Shown piece by piece: positions 24,591 to 39,700 of a stretch of 64,000 nucleotides of DNA; positions within the stretch are counted from its first letter, which is position 1; each line of letters begins with the position of its first letter. Made by a program: the position numbers and the translations under genes. The stretch is from Gracilinanus agilis (lineage: Eukaryota): assembly GCF_016433145.1 (NCBI RefSeq), contig NC_058130.1:134824383-134888382 (forward strand). The letters run 5' to 3'. Below the pieces are notes generated by a model. That model worked only from the letters and a program-made list of their open reading frames with translations, was not told where the DNA came from and made no database searches.

Positions 24591-26135
24591 TGCTAATTTT
24601 TCAAAAACTAATTTTTCAAAAATTGAAGTGATAAACTACAATCTTCTAAGGTATCCCATATTTCATTACTGGGCCATTCTTTGTTAGGAAATTCCTCCTT
24701 AAATAAACTAGGTATCTATCTCCCTATAACTTCCCATCATTGGTCCTAGTTCTATGTTTCATGGTCAAACACCTACTTCCTCTTTGATTACTATAACTGA
24801 AGAATGAGTATCCATTCCCCTTGTATATTGAAACCTACTTTCCACCAGGAAGGTGAGTGCACCAAAATTCTTTTATTGCATCAATATTTAGCCAAGTGCC
24901 CATGAACTTATTAAAAACATTTGGATAATTATTTTCAATAATATAATTGGTTTCTTTTTTAATCTTATTAAAAACATTGATTTTATAGACTTTATCAGAC
25001 TGCCAAATGGGTCAAAATAAAAAAAGGTTGACTCCTCCTTTTTGGGGCAGTTTCAATTCTTTCCACTTTTTTTTAGTCACCCTTCCCTGAATGTCTCAGT
25101 TTGTTAATGTTCTCCTCAGACTCTTCCAGACCCCTTTTCCCAATCTTTTAGCACTCCTCCCAAACCTCAACAATGCTTCTAGGGGTGAGGGTAATAGGGT
25201 ACCAGCTTTATCCTAGCCCAGCTCTGAAACCTATTTGTCATCAATACTTCAAATGTTGTTTGACAGGTCAGGTCTTTTTTCTTCCCATCCAGGCTGGACC
25301 CCTTCTTTTACTTCATTAATTGATTACTGTCATACTAGAATTCTACTTCTTTGGCCCCTGACCTTTCCTACTATACCATGCTGTTAATCTCTACATTTGG
25401 ATGTAATCTACACTGTTCAGTTACTTTGCTCTTAGGGCACTCTAACGTGGGAGGGGCCCTTGTAGTAGGGTAACTTGGGGTAAAGAAATAGGGTAGCATG
25501 GAGGTTGGACTATGGAGGTCCCTGTAGTTTATGGAGTTTGGGGATTATCTGAGAGACAGGCCACAGAGAGGTTTAGGGAGTGTGCCTCAGAGCAGAGTTG
25601 GAGCTTAGGATAGTTTTTAGACAACATAGGACTCTCAACAGTGTTGACTGGTCAAAGATAAAGATGTATGATAGTAAGATCTCCTGAATTACAAGACACC
25701 TAGGCTTAAATCCCAGCTTCAGCACTTAAAAAGTGGGTGATCAAAGGCAAATTACTTAATCTCTTTATACTTTTTTTTTTTATGGTAGAATAGGGCTGTT
25801 GTAACAAATCAAGTGAGAATAAAATGAAATACTTTGTAAAACCACTAGCAGAAAAATAAATGGCAGCTGTAGATCCTATTGTTGGGATTAGAATCTCTGT
25901 GCCATAGACACAGAGATAGAGACTTGGAGCCATAGACAGCTCCATGGGGAAGTGGGGCACTTCTCAAGGCTAAAGCACATGAGAATGGACTTTTCTCAGA
26001 GGAGTTGGAGACTTTGAAGAGAAATGTAACTTAGGGTTACTTTGTGTGTGTGTCGGGGGTGGGAGGATGAGGGGGGGAGAGGCAAAATTGTCGAAAGGTT
26101 AAAGGACAAGGCTTTGAGACCCCTTGGGCTCCACC

Positions 26136-26141
26136 TTTATT
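26136..26141 (-). terminator. PolyA signal, RNF151
   Basis: AATAAA on - about 115 nt after the stop. Confidence 0.7.
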
Positions 26142-26256
26142 CATCCTTCTCTATTTACAGTCATAGTAGCCTGGTCTTCCCCAGTTTTCTCCAGGGAAGG
26201 TAAGCCCCAGGGGAGGGGATCTGGGCAGGAGTCCTGGCCATCCAGCTGGGCAGGCA

Positions 26257-28931
26257 CTACATAGCAACCCTGGCAACCTCGGTGTTGATGTTAGGTATAT
26301 CAGCGCCTTCCTCTTCCTCCTCTTCCAGGAAAGCCTCCAGCCGGGTCAGCTGCCTTCTGATGAGGCTGGTGGCCCGGTGGATCCGCCTCATTCGATGTCG
26401 AAGTCGGGAGACCAGGGCCCGGCCCTGGGCCCTTCGTCGGCCCCAGGCCTCTCGGAGCTCCCGATAGCAGTTGTGGCTTTCCCTTTCAACAGCTGTGAGT
26501 GTGGCCCCACAGCCAAGGGGGCAGCGCTGCTGTCGACCATGTCCACAGCTCCGGCCATGTTCCACTAAGGCTGCCCGCTGTACCCTAGCCATACAGCCTG
26601 CATTAGGGCAGGGGGTAAGCTCAAAAGGGCAGGAGTCCAGGTGGATCCTACGCTGAGATAGGGGACAGGTGACACAGCAACCAGCCTGGGAATTCTTACA
26701 CTGCACAGATGCAGACAGATAGAAAAGTGAAGAAAAGGAAATAGAAGAAGGAAGCAGGGAGACAAGCAAGAAGAAATAAAAACAGGAGACAAAATATGGA
26801 AAAAATCAGTGAGTAGCTCTGGAGAGCTTAAATGCAAGCTCAACCACTTCTTAGGGATAATGTCCTTTCCTGACCAAACTGCTTCCAAATGGTGGATGGA
26901 GGGGGCAGCTGGGTAGCTCAGTGGATTGAGAGTCAGGCCTAGAGACAGGAGGTCCTAGGTTCAAATCTGGCCTCAGACACTTCCCAGCTGTGTGACCCTG
27001 GGCAAGTCGCTTGACCCCCATTGCCCACCCTTACCACTCTTCTGCCTTGGAGGCAAGACATAGAAGTTAAGGGTTTTAAAAAAAAAAAAAAAAAAACAAA
27101 AAAACCGGTGGCTGGAAAGTAGTGCTATTGTTTGATCTGTGCCTCCAGTCCTTCCCTAGCATGGGACAGTTATGGTGCTCCTTTCCCTTCCCAGCCTCTT
27201 GAGAAGTGAAGGAGAGGTAGCTTCCTGATCTGTCTATTGGACACTGTCATCTTCAGGTGGCAAATGGCCCCCTGGGTCACTTGGCTACTACTATACCTTG
27301 ACTGGCAGGCGCCCAATGGTTTTTCTGAGTTTGTGCACCTGGACCATCAGTTTCCTCTTCACTTCTTTCCTACAGCAAGGACATGTCTTTTGTCTGGAGA
27401 GAGAGAGCCAACAGGACAGCTTACCAGGCATGTTCTTCAGGAAATGACCTGTACCCACCCACTCACCAAAGATGGAAAATTCGTTCCCTTGACTCTTTGC
27501 AATTCATGAGTTTATTAGTTAGCAATACATGAGAGGACATCTCTTTCCCATATATCAAATGTCTCCTCTCACTTTTGAAAGGAAAGAGAAGATGAGGAAC
27601 AACAGGTTGGGATAAAGGGGTGGACCTAGCCGTGAGAATCTCTTCTAAAGAGGTTTTTTGTATAAAGTGGAACCTATCTTTAATCCTATCCTCCCCCCAT
27701 TTATGCCTGCTCTTAAGTAGGAAAAATGCCACCCCTACTTAATTGAGGCTGAGACTGCATACCCTACCTAGCCAGCCAGGTTAAGATGCATTTCTTGCAG
27801 AAGATATGACCACATGGCAGTTTCACTGGTCTCTTGAGGACCCCATGGCAGACAGAACATAGCAAGGCACAGTCCGGGGGGCTGGCAAAGAGGTTGAGAT
27901 CATACCCACCACTCTGTAAATTCACCCCAAGCAAGAACAGAATGGAGACACAGGATTAGTGACGAGAAGATGGGATCCTCTCTCCCACATCTCTTCTCTT
28001 TTGCTTCCCAACCTGCCCACCAGGACATCAGTAGAAGGTTGGCTGCCTGATGTAAACATAAGAGATTCCTTCCCTCCTTTTCCAGAAGACACCCTATCCT
28101 AAAGACACCCATCCCTAAAGGTGCTGCTCTGTCTTTGAAGGCATGCTAAATCAATTCACTAAAAGGAAAGCACTCAGCCCAAATAACCAACTTTCCATTT
28201 AGAAGGTGGTGGTATAAACTGGAGCACAAGTGTCCATTTTCTCTGGCCAACCCTGCCCCCCACCCCCCATCCATGGCTTGTTCATTAGTCATCTCCTGTA
28301 TACCCGGGGGACCTAGATAAGTCCAAATCACATGCTCCAGAACTGAGTACTGAGGTCACAGTCACATTGCCTATCTAGAGATTCTGGAAGCCTGTACCTC
28401 TGACCAAACCATTCACACCCCTCTGTTCATTTGCATACAGACTAGGGGAGGATCTTCAATTGAACTAGTTAAAGCCTCTAGGAACTTCAGAAGACAGACC
28501 TCCTAAAGGTATATATTCCACTTATTCACAACAGCATGGTATCATAATGCTTTTCTTCTCAATAGCCTTTTACAGTGAGGGGAGGAAGGGCAGAGAAAGG
28601 AAATATATTACCATATTACAGAGAATAAAAACTGCTTCAGAGGGAAATAATTTACCAGAGGTTACTTTGCTGCCTAAAAGAGCCAGGCCTAGAATCCAGA
28701 GATTTTTTTGGGGGGTGGGGGAGTGAAACAGACTAGAATCTGGAGAGACTTTTAGTGGGCTTAATAGGATCTATATACATTTAAGCTTCTAGTGTCCTTC
28801 TGAGCCCAAGGGATAGGTAGGACCCTAGGCAACAACTGTCCTTTCTTTTGCCCTTCAGGAAGGTGTAATGTACAAAAAAAATTTGTGATCCCTAACAGAA
28901 CAAAAGTAGAGGAAAGGTATGAACTCACCAT
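26257..28931 (-). CDS. RNF151: RING finger protein 151 (RING + TRAF-type zinc finger), 4 coding exons, 229 aa
   Basis: Exons 28931-28929 (ATG only, followed by GTGAGT), 27913-27768, 27393-27297, 26700-26257; total 690 nt. Translation [73 protein letters not shown] matches human RNF151 as recalled. The ATG exon is inferred from context. Confidence 0.93.
26901..27104 (+). mobile_element. SINE1_Mdo-like SINE in RNF151 intron 3
   Basis: Near-consensus full-length copy with A tail. Confidence 0.9.
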
Positions 28932-31900
28932 GATCGTGGTCTTAGGCAGCAGCACTACTGAACTGAGGCAAGCTGAGACCCCATTTCACTGGCCTCTAAT
29001 CAGATTGACATCATAGCCTCATTGTCTACCATCAACCAATCACAGCCTCAATCCTTGGGGCAGTGCCCAGCCAGGGGTATGGCTAATCAGCACCCGGAGT
29101 GGGGTGTTCCTGGCCTTTCTTGTCTAGGTACCAGAAGCCCACACAATAGGGATAGATCAGGTAGCTATCAGGTTCAATATCTATACTTTCACTTGACTCA
29201 TACTCTGAGGCAGGACAGGGTCTGTTTTCATTTTTTTACAGAAGTGGGATCTCTGATCAGGTTTCTTCCAAGAAATGAGGGAGCCCTTAAATTTACCACA
29301 TTAAGAAATTGGGGCCCAGGACAGACTCTTTCAAGCCCTCAAAATTCAGGGATTTTTCACACCTAAGATTTAGGATGCCTGTTGGGCTCCAAGTCTAGGA
29401 ATACTGATGAGCCAAGTTAATCACTAAATTAATGACCTAAATATGGTTATGACCTTGGTGTTTGCCTGACCTAACTTGTGTCAGAGGATGAAGCAGCACA
29501 CATTTAGGCAAACAAAACTTTAGGTAAAAATGAATTTGAAGAAACTGAAAATGTGTGTTAATTTTTAATCAGTCACTAGGACAAGCCTGGTCCAAAGCAC
29601 ACATATCCCAAGTCTCCAGGTGTCTGGAGAATAAGAAAGGCACTGCTGTCCCCTAATTTATTGACTTTTGAAAAGTTCTTCTGAGTACTGGTAAAAATGA
29701 GGTTTGGACACATGACCCTTTTAAGGGTATGGACTCTCACCAAGAATGCTTTTTTTTTTAAATCCCTTCTTAAATTTTAAAATCCTTTTCTTAGTAAGGA
29801 TTCTAAGACTGAATGACAAGGACTAGGCAAGTGGGGTTAAGTGACTTGCCCAAAAACCCTAGTTAGGAAATGTTTTAGTTTTTAGGATCAAGATTAAGTG
29901 GAGCTTCGACCAGCCATGAGATACAGAAGCTTCTCTGGATTCAATCTTGCTTTTCTAGCTTCAGAAAGGTACAATTTACCTACAGCTTATTACTTTAGAT
30001 ACTATGTAGGTAAATATGCATTTATTAGGTATTTACCATGAGGCAGGCACTGCACTAAGTGCCAAGGTTACAATGAAGGTAAAAGAAAGCTTAATAGGAG
30101 AAATAACATACATTCAGGATAAATAGGTTAGGCTCAGAGAAAGGTAGTAAGTTTAAAGAGGGATGGGAAAAGCTTCTTGCAGGCAAAGAACGAGATGAAT
30201 GGAAGAAAAGTGAAATGCATGGTCTAGTTTGAGGAACAGGGAGGCCAGTGTTATTAGATCTTAGTAGTACACGGTGGCATAGTAGGCAGCGAGGTTATGG
30301 AGGCCTTTCAAACTACATAGAGTTCATATTGGACTTTAGAGGCAACAGGAAACCAATGAAGTTATTGAATAAAGCTGGGACATGGCCTGACCTGCACTTT
30401 AGGAAGAACAATTTGACAGCAGAGTGAACAAGATTTGAGGCACAAAGATTAACCAAACAAAACTGTTAATAGAAAGTAAATAGTACAGCTCTTAATCCCA
30501 TTTTGCTAAGGGGAAAAGGCAGCTATTGTGATTTAGAAATTATCCTTAAGATGGCAGCAATCATTCAAAAGCAGCACCCAGAGCTAGTGATATGGAAGCT
30601 TCTCAAACTGAATATACCACACAAAAAAATTCCAACAAATCACATTTGGTTTATTTAGCTTTATTAATTTCTTGGATGAAAACAAAACAAAGTAATCACT
30701 GTCCTCCAGGCAACTGAATCCAAATCCACATTCCCTCTAATTTATCCATTCAACAAAGTTGTATTGTACTAAGAAGCGCCCAAAGGGATTGATCCTTGCC
30801 TATATGGATTTCAAGGAAACATTCTGTGGCAAATAAAATGCTCAGTGACTGGTTTCTGGGTCTGAAAAATAATTCTATTAATTAGGCTAGCAATTAACCA
30901 GCAAATTAATGGTCAGTGATCAGAGACCCTGATATAGGGGTCTTTTTTCCATTTCAGTACAGTTCTGACAGCTCATTATTTAGCCCTCCCCTGAAAAATT
31001 AGACATCTCTAATTTGTGGATATCTAATGAGGTGGGCTTATATTTTACAGCTCTAATTTCATGATGGTGAGGAGTCATGAGGAGTAATTCATAGGTCATA
31101 TGATTCTAATAGCTCTCTGTGATCTAGATGGGAAGATCTGGTTAAGTTTTGACTTTTACAATTTATTTTAATGGAGACCAAGGATAAGTGCCCATGGCCC
31201 CTTGACATAGCTGGCTCGGGTCAGCTGTTTTTAAGAGAAGACAACTTAAATTCTGAGTTCCAGTTTTAGAAGATGCTTTAGAGCAAGAAATACAAAAGAC
31301 ATTCCTAAGACTAGGGGAAAATCTCTGAACTTGGCAAAAGATTTAGATACACAAAAAACATTATGGAATAAGATTAGCAATCAAGTGATACAGTAAAAAT
31401 AATTTCTCTACACTCAGCCTCTATGGATGCCCCACAAGCATCTCAAATTCAAAATAGCCAAGTATTATCTTTTCTAAAAACCAATACACAGATTGATTCT
31501 AAGATAGAAGGGCCCCCCCCAAAAATAAACCATACCTTATTCCACGCCCCTATTATCTGACTGCCTCTTACAGCTACCAAATGGATATTTTTCAAACACA
31601 ATCCTTAGCATACCACTTCCTTGAATTCAAGGCTCAATAATTCCTCAATGTCTCTAAAATAAAACAAAGATCCCTGGTGTGGCTTTTCACAATCCACTCT
31701 CCAACTCATTTTCCCAGGATCATTCCCCTTCTCTTTTTTCACCTTATGGCTACATAGACCAGAATCATTCTAACAAGCTTTTCCTGGCCATTTCAGTTGT
31801 TTGTGCCCTATCATCTCTATTTTTGTTATTCACTAGTGGACCTCTTGTAACATTGTTCACAGGTTTTCTTGGCATTGGTTTTTCATTTCTTTCTGTTAAG

Positions 31901-32196
31901 ACAAAATATTATGGGACTTGCCCTGGGTCATAGCTTCCTGACTCCATTTTCAGCCCTCTAGCTGCCTTATCATTTCTATTTACTTTCTTCTGAATATTGC
32001 TTCATCATTTGCAATCCTTCCTAGAAGGCAGGAACTATTTCCTTCTAGACTGCGTCCCTTCTACCTAGCACAAAACTAGATACTTCATAACTACAGGTTG
32101 ATTTGAAATTAGATTCTGGCCCAGACTCTGCTAAACTCATCCCAGTGTGTAAAGTAGGGGGACCGGACTGGATCACAGCTGTCATGGAGAGTCCAC

Positions 32197-32770
32197 CTGG
32201 GTGATAAAATGACTCCAAGTCTCTTCGTAGGGAGCGCCAACTTCTTTAGGAAGGTTGTTCTACTTTGCTGCAGGTACAGACTTTCCGTGCTTGTGACATG
32301 ATGCGGCTGGAACTCTGTCAGTCACTCCGAAGTCCTGGGAGAAAGGGGTAGAATTAGTCTGACCTCATCCTTCCCCCATGCCTGGCCCCCGCCCCCAATC
32401 ACAAGGCAGCATTTGTCGGGGCCTGGGTTTTATCCCCCACATTGAGTCTATGGGGGATAAGCTTAAAGACCCCAGTAGCTGTGGGCGTCGTTGTCTCACT
32501 CATGGCCATGGTGGAGGGCCGCGGGTGATTTTCAGACGACGCCAGCTTAGCCCTTTCCCAACAGGTCCGAGCAATGAGTGCGCCGAGGAGTCGGGGCCGC
32601 CAGGAGCCGGAGTGTCCACACGCGGCCTTCAGCTTCGGGTCCCCCACCCCTACCTGGCCGGGTCCAATCCTTACCCGAGAAACTCCCACGTGGGGATACG
32701 CCGCCGCCACCTCTCTCCCCAAAAGAGGAAGAGATTACTATATGACTAATACGTGCCTGAAGACAAAAAG
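32197..32770 (-). ncRNA. SNHG9: SNHG9-like snoRNA host transcript (3' end undetermined)
   Basis: TATAAATA at 32802-32795 lies about 30 nt upstream of a pyrimidine start CTTTTTGTCT (32770). Donor GG|GTAAG after 32675; polypyrimidine-CAG acceptor before 32334; the intron contains SNORA78. No meaningful ORF. It is divergent from RPS2, as in human. Confidence 0.7.
32411..32543 (-). ncRNA. SNORA78: H/ACA snoRNA SNORA78 (ACA64)
   Basis: Hairpin 1 is closed by GGCGTCGT/ACGACGCC. Hairpin 2 has TTATCCCCCA/TGGGGGATAA and GGGGTCT/AGGCCCC stems. ACA lies 3 nt from the end (32416-32414). GAAAATC..GTGAGA..AAACCCAGGCCCCGACA matches human SNORA78 as recalled. The pocket CTGAAAAT complements 28S AUUUUCAG. 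Confidence 0.88.
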
Positions 32771-33035
32771 AATCCAATGAACCCGGTCCCTCCTTATTTA
32801 TATCCACGCTACTAACATACCGTTTCCGGGGTACCAGATAACGGCTTCCGGGTCAAAAGACTCGGTGATATCGGTAGCTCTAGGGGGAGGGCTTGATTTA
32901 ACCAATCACAAAAGCTCCTCCATCAATCTGAGTAATCCCGGAATCGAAGCTTCCCGTCCAGAAGATATCGCGAGAACTAGATTCTATAAAAGCACTCGGT
33001 GCGCGTTAGACGGCCTTCTACTTCTATTGGACACG
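32770..33035. promoter_or_regulatory. Bidirectional RPS2/SNHG9 promoter
   Basis: TATAAAA (+, 32985-32991) and TATAAATA (-, 32802-32795); ETS-like TTCCGG sites; CCAAT near 32901; TATCGCGAGA at 32966-32975. Both predicted starts are pyrimidine-rich. Confidence 0.8.
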
Positions 33036-33408
33036 TGAGTATATCTATATCTTTGTGTTGGGGAGTTAGAAGCTTAGGCGTTATCCGAGAGTGGACGAGA
33101 AGAATCCACTTGCATCGGCGCCACGCTTCCCCAAGGAGAGGTTCCCTTGCTTGATTTAGTTTGTCTCTCTGCACTGCGGGTCGGGGCCGATCCTATTTAG
33201 CGGCTTTGCGCTACACGCGGAAGTTCGGGCCGGGCAGCCGTTGGGCCCGGCGCTTACTTGGCTGCGTTGCTAGTAGCGCTTGGGAGCTGCCATCCCTGGT
33301 GCACTCCCGGCGCCTGTAGATGGCAGTTTGAGCCTCTGATTGAGGGGGGAGGTTGGAGGGAATCTTAGAGCGCCCGCTTGACTGATGACTAGTCCTTCTT
33401 TTTCATAG

Positions 33409-36277
<2,869 letters not shown>

Positions 36278-36300
36278 ATGTTTTTTTTTTATAAACAATG

Positions 36301-36306
36301 AATAAA
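36301..36306 (+). terminator. PolyA signal, RPS2
   Basis: AATAAA 24 nt after the stop. Confidence 0.85.
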
Positions 36307-36344
36307 TTGAACTCTGCCTGCTATTTACTTGTGTGTATGTGTTT

Positions 36345-36503
36345 TTTTAACCCTTAATTTCTGTGTATTGGCTCCTAGGTAAGGGTGGGCAATGGGGGTC
36401 AAGTGACTTGCCCAGGGTCACACAGCTGGGAACTGTGTCTTGAGGTCAGATTTGAATCTAGGACCTCCTGACTCTCAATCCACTGAGCTACCTAGCTGCC
36501 CCC
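36345..36503 (-). mobile_element. SINE1_Mdo-like SINE between the RPS2 and NDUFB10 polyA sites
   Basis: Reverse consensus. Confidence 0.85.
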
Positions 36504-36647
36504 TGCTATTTATTTACTTGTAGTTTCTTATTGGGTGGGAATGGGGTGGAAGGGATTGAATTCCCACTCTTGAGGCCTGATTTATTAGTATATAAAGCTT
36601 AGGTTTGACCAAGATTACTTACACCACAAGACATAACTGCAAAGACT

Positions 36648-36653
36648 TTTATT
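36648..36653 (-). terminator. PolyA signal, NDUFB10
   Basis: AATAAA on - about 60 nt after the stop. Confidence 0.8.
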
Positions 36654-36710
36654 GGGATAAATTAGGATCACAGAAAACAATGTTCTGGATCCTAACAAGA
36701 TTTCCACAAG

Positions 36711-39700
36711 TCAGGCAGCAGCTGCCTCCTTAGCAGCTTTCCTCTCAGCAAGCATCCGTTGCTTCTGCTTTGCAAGACATTTCCGGGCAGTTGCATTGGC
36801 TCCAAGTTCATGATCTGTAAAGGCAAGAAAGCTTATCTTTTTGTCATCTTTGACCATAGGATTGAATTTCTTTTGTTTGGTAGGTTAAAAATGAAAGGTC
36901 ACAACTATCCAGTCTTGAGCAGGAATTGACTGTTAGCACTTTCAAGTTTCTTGCTTGGCTCATTTCCCTCCCACAGACCCAGGGAAGTAGAGTGGACTGT
37001 GTATCACTCACATCGGTCCTGATAAGCTTTTGCAACATCATAGAACTCTTGAATCTCCTTCATACAGTTCTGTTTGAAGCTTTCTCCTTCTCTCTGCTGA
37101 CAGGCCTTCATTCTTTCCTGGACAATATTGACAATTTCTTGATCGACTTTACTGAAAGAGAAAAACAGTAGGGGTGCTTTTCTTGATTACACAGCCAAGG
37201 AATAGGGTGAAATGAAGAACTAAAAGGAGTACACTCATCTTTCTTCCACCTCCACCTATCCCAAGACAGGAAGACATCTAAAAGGGCATTACATCCAATG
37301 CTTCAGTGAGGAAACAGGTCTATTTACTCCCTCCCATTCAAAGTAGAACTGTTTATATGGTACTCATAAGTCAGTAGTACTCTGACTGGTCAGGACAACA
37401 GGAAGGTGTAAAGGGTGATCCTGGGGTGCCAGAGAAATACAATGACTAGTATACATACTGGTCTCTTCTCCATTGCATTTCTGCTTCATACATGCATAAA
37501 ATATCCTTTTCCTTGCATTCTGTTAAGTCTGGTACTCGGCGATAGTGACGATGATAGTAATAAGTCCTGTTTTTCAAATGTTGCTCCGTCACAAAATCTG
37601 TAAAAGGAAAGGCCTGTTATATCCTTTGATAGTATCCACAGAAAGTTCTGGGGTCTGGAAATCTTAGCTCATAGATTAGTCTAAAACATTAACTCCTTAG
37701 CTTGATGTTTAAATTGCTGATCTTAATTTACTTCAAAGCAAACTAGACTACTAGTGAACTCAAAAGCTATCTCTGGGGCTGCAAGGTGGCTCAGCAGATT
37801 GAGAGGTTTACAGAAGGGAGGTCCTAGGTTCAAATCTAACCTCAGACACTTCCTAGTTGTGTGACCCTGGGCAAGTCACTTAACCCAAATGCCTAATCTT
37901 TACTGCTCTTCTGCTTGGGAACCCATGCTACTTAATATAGATTTTGATAGAAGGTAAGGGTTAAAAAAAAATGCACACAAAAAAACCCCCTTTCTCCTAT
38001 ACTACATTCCTGCATTCTCTATCCCTGGGAAGCACTCCCCTTTTTCTTATTCTGTCAAGCTCTCATAATACAGTATTCTGAAGCTTTCCTCATCCCTTTT
38101 CAGCCTTAAACTATTTTCCCTCTTCTCAATACTCCCAGAGCAGTTGTCTGAGCTGTCCTTTACTTGATTGCTCCCTATCCCTATCAATAAAACAAAGCTT
38201 TGTATTTTACTGAAGTACTCCCTCCCCTCCATTTGCTTTACACAGCATAGGTGTGAATTGGAGTTGCTTCTAGACCACAGCCAAGAACTAATTTTCTAAG
38301 TTTGGAGGCCTTTTATTTTAGGTCTGTGGAAGATGACATGATTTCTCATTCCCCACTGCTGAAGACTAATGTAGGGTAAGTAGGAGATGCAACCCCATAG
38401 CAAAAGGGGTTCATTCACACGAACATCCTTGCCATTTAAGGAAACTGAAAAGTGGGGAAAATGTTTGCTGAAGATTACCATCCCTTGTCTAATCACCAAA
38501 TCCTACTTTACATCTCCACTAGGTCGGATATGTTCTCTAGCTTGGAGATGTCAGGATGGGGAAAACCATTCCATTTGATTGCTGGTGATTAATTCTGCAG
38601 GTAGTTTGTTCATTCTTCTCATCTACTTTTTCATTCCCATCAACAGCCCTAACTTTAATGGATTTGAATATCACAACCAAAAAAACCCAACATAGCTTCT
38701 TATACCTTCCAAACCAGAGGAAGTATAGACAAATCTTAATTATCTTCATGAATGAATAAGTCTAGTCTGCCAACATTCCAAAAGTCCTTCCTATTTGCCA
38801 TGGAATGTGTTATTCTGTAATATGTCACTTATTTAAAACAAGGATAATACAAAAGGCATGATCCACCAAAAATGAATGTCCATGTATAAATCTTGGGAAC
38901 TTTGCACACAGTCAAATCCCACAAAGCCTTTCTAACAGTCCTGGGTACATATCTCCTGGGTACATATCTCCCAGAGTACAGTGGATCAGAAACTACAGAT
39001 GCGAGGTGGGCAAAGACTACTAGTGGCAGATGCTGAGAAAAGCAAGATGTGACTCTTGCAAGCCTGTGAGTGAAAGGAAGCAGGATGATCACAAAAACCA
39101 GATCTGCACTCTTAAAAAGTACAGTAGTTTCATCACATCATAGGATGCAACAGCACTTGAAGTGAGGACTAAATTATTTAGCCCAGGACACTTGGAACCT
39201 GTCGGTGGCCCCAGCGACGAAGATTATGTTACCAATCTGAATGGGTTAGAAGTTATGAGAGAGAAAAGAGAAGGAAAGGGTTTAAAAAAGAAATTGGGAG
39301 TAGAGAGAAAAGAAATCTATAAATAGATAAAATCACAAGTGCAGACAGGAACTGATATTAATGACTCAATAATAAAAAAAGTAAAATTATTCAAATATTA
39401 ATTGAGTAAGGCATGAAAGAGCTGTTGAAGATAGCAAATGACACTTTTAATTAAAAAAATGTGTATAGCTCTAGTTTGCAAATTATTTCATATAAAATTT
39501 CTCTTTTGAGCCATATAATTTATATATAATTCTAGACCACAGCTGAGAGGTAGCTGCTTCACCATTTTACATTTAAATTGAGGCTCAGGTTAAGTGTTTT
39601 GCCAGTGACCACAGGCTACATGTCAGAAGAGACTTGAGCCAAAGGTAGCTAGGCAGTACAGTGAATAGAGCATCAGGCCTGGAGTCCAGAGAACCTAGGT

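Noticed and set aside
31950-32008. Minus-strand C, D', C', D-like arrangement downstream of SNHG9 exon 2
   Set aside because: No terminal stem, no identifiable rRNA complement, and it sits next to L2-like tail sequence.
38940-38969. 15-bp tandem duplication CCTGGGTACATATCT
   Set aside because: Two units only; ordinary slippage.
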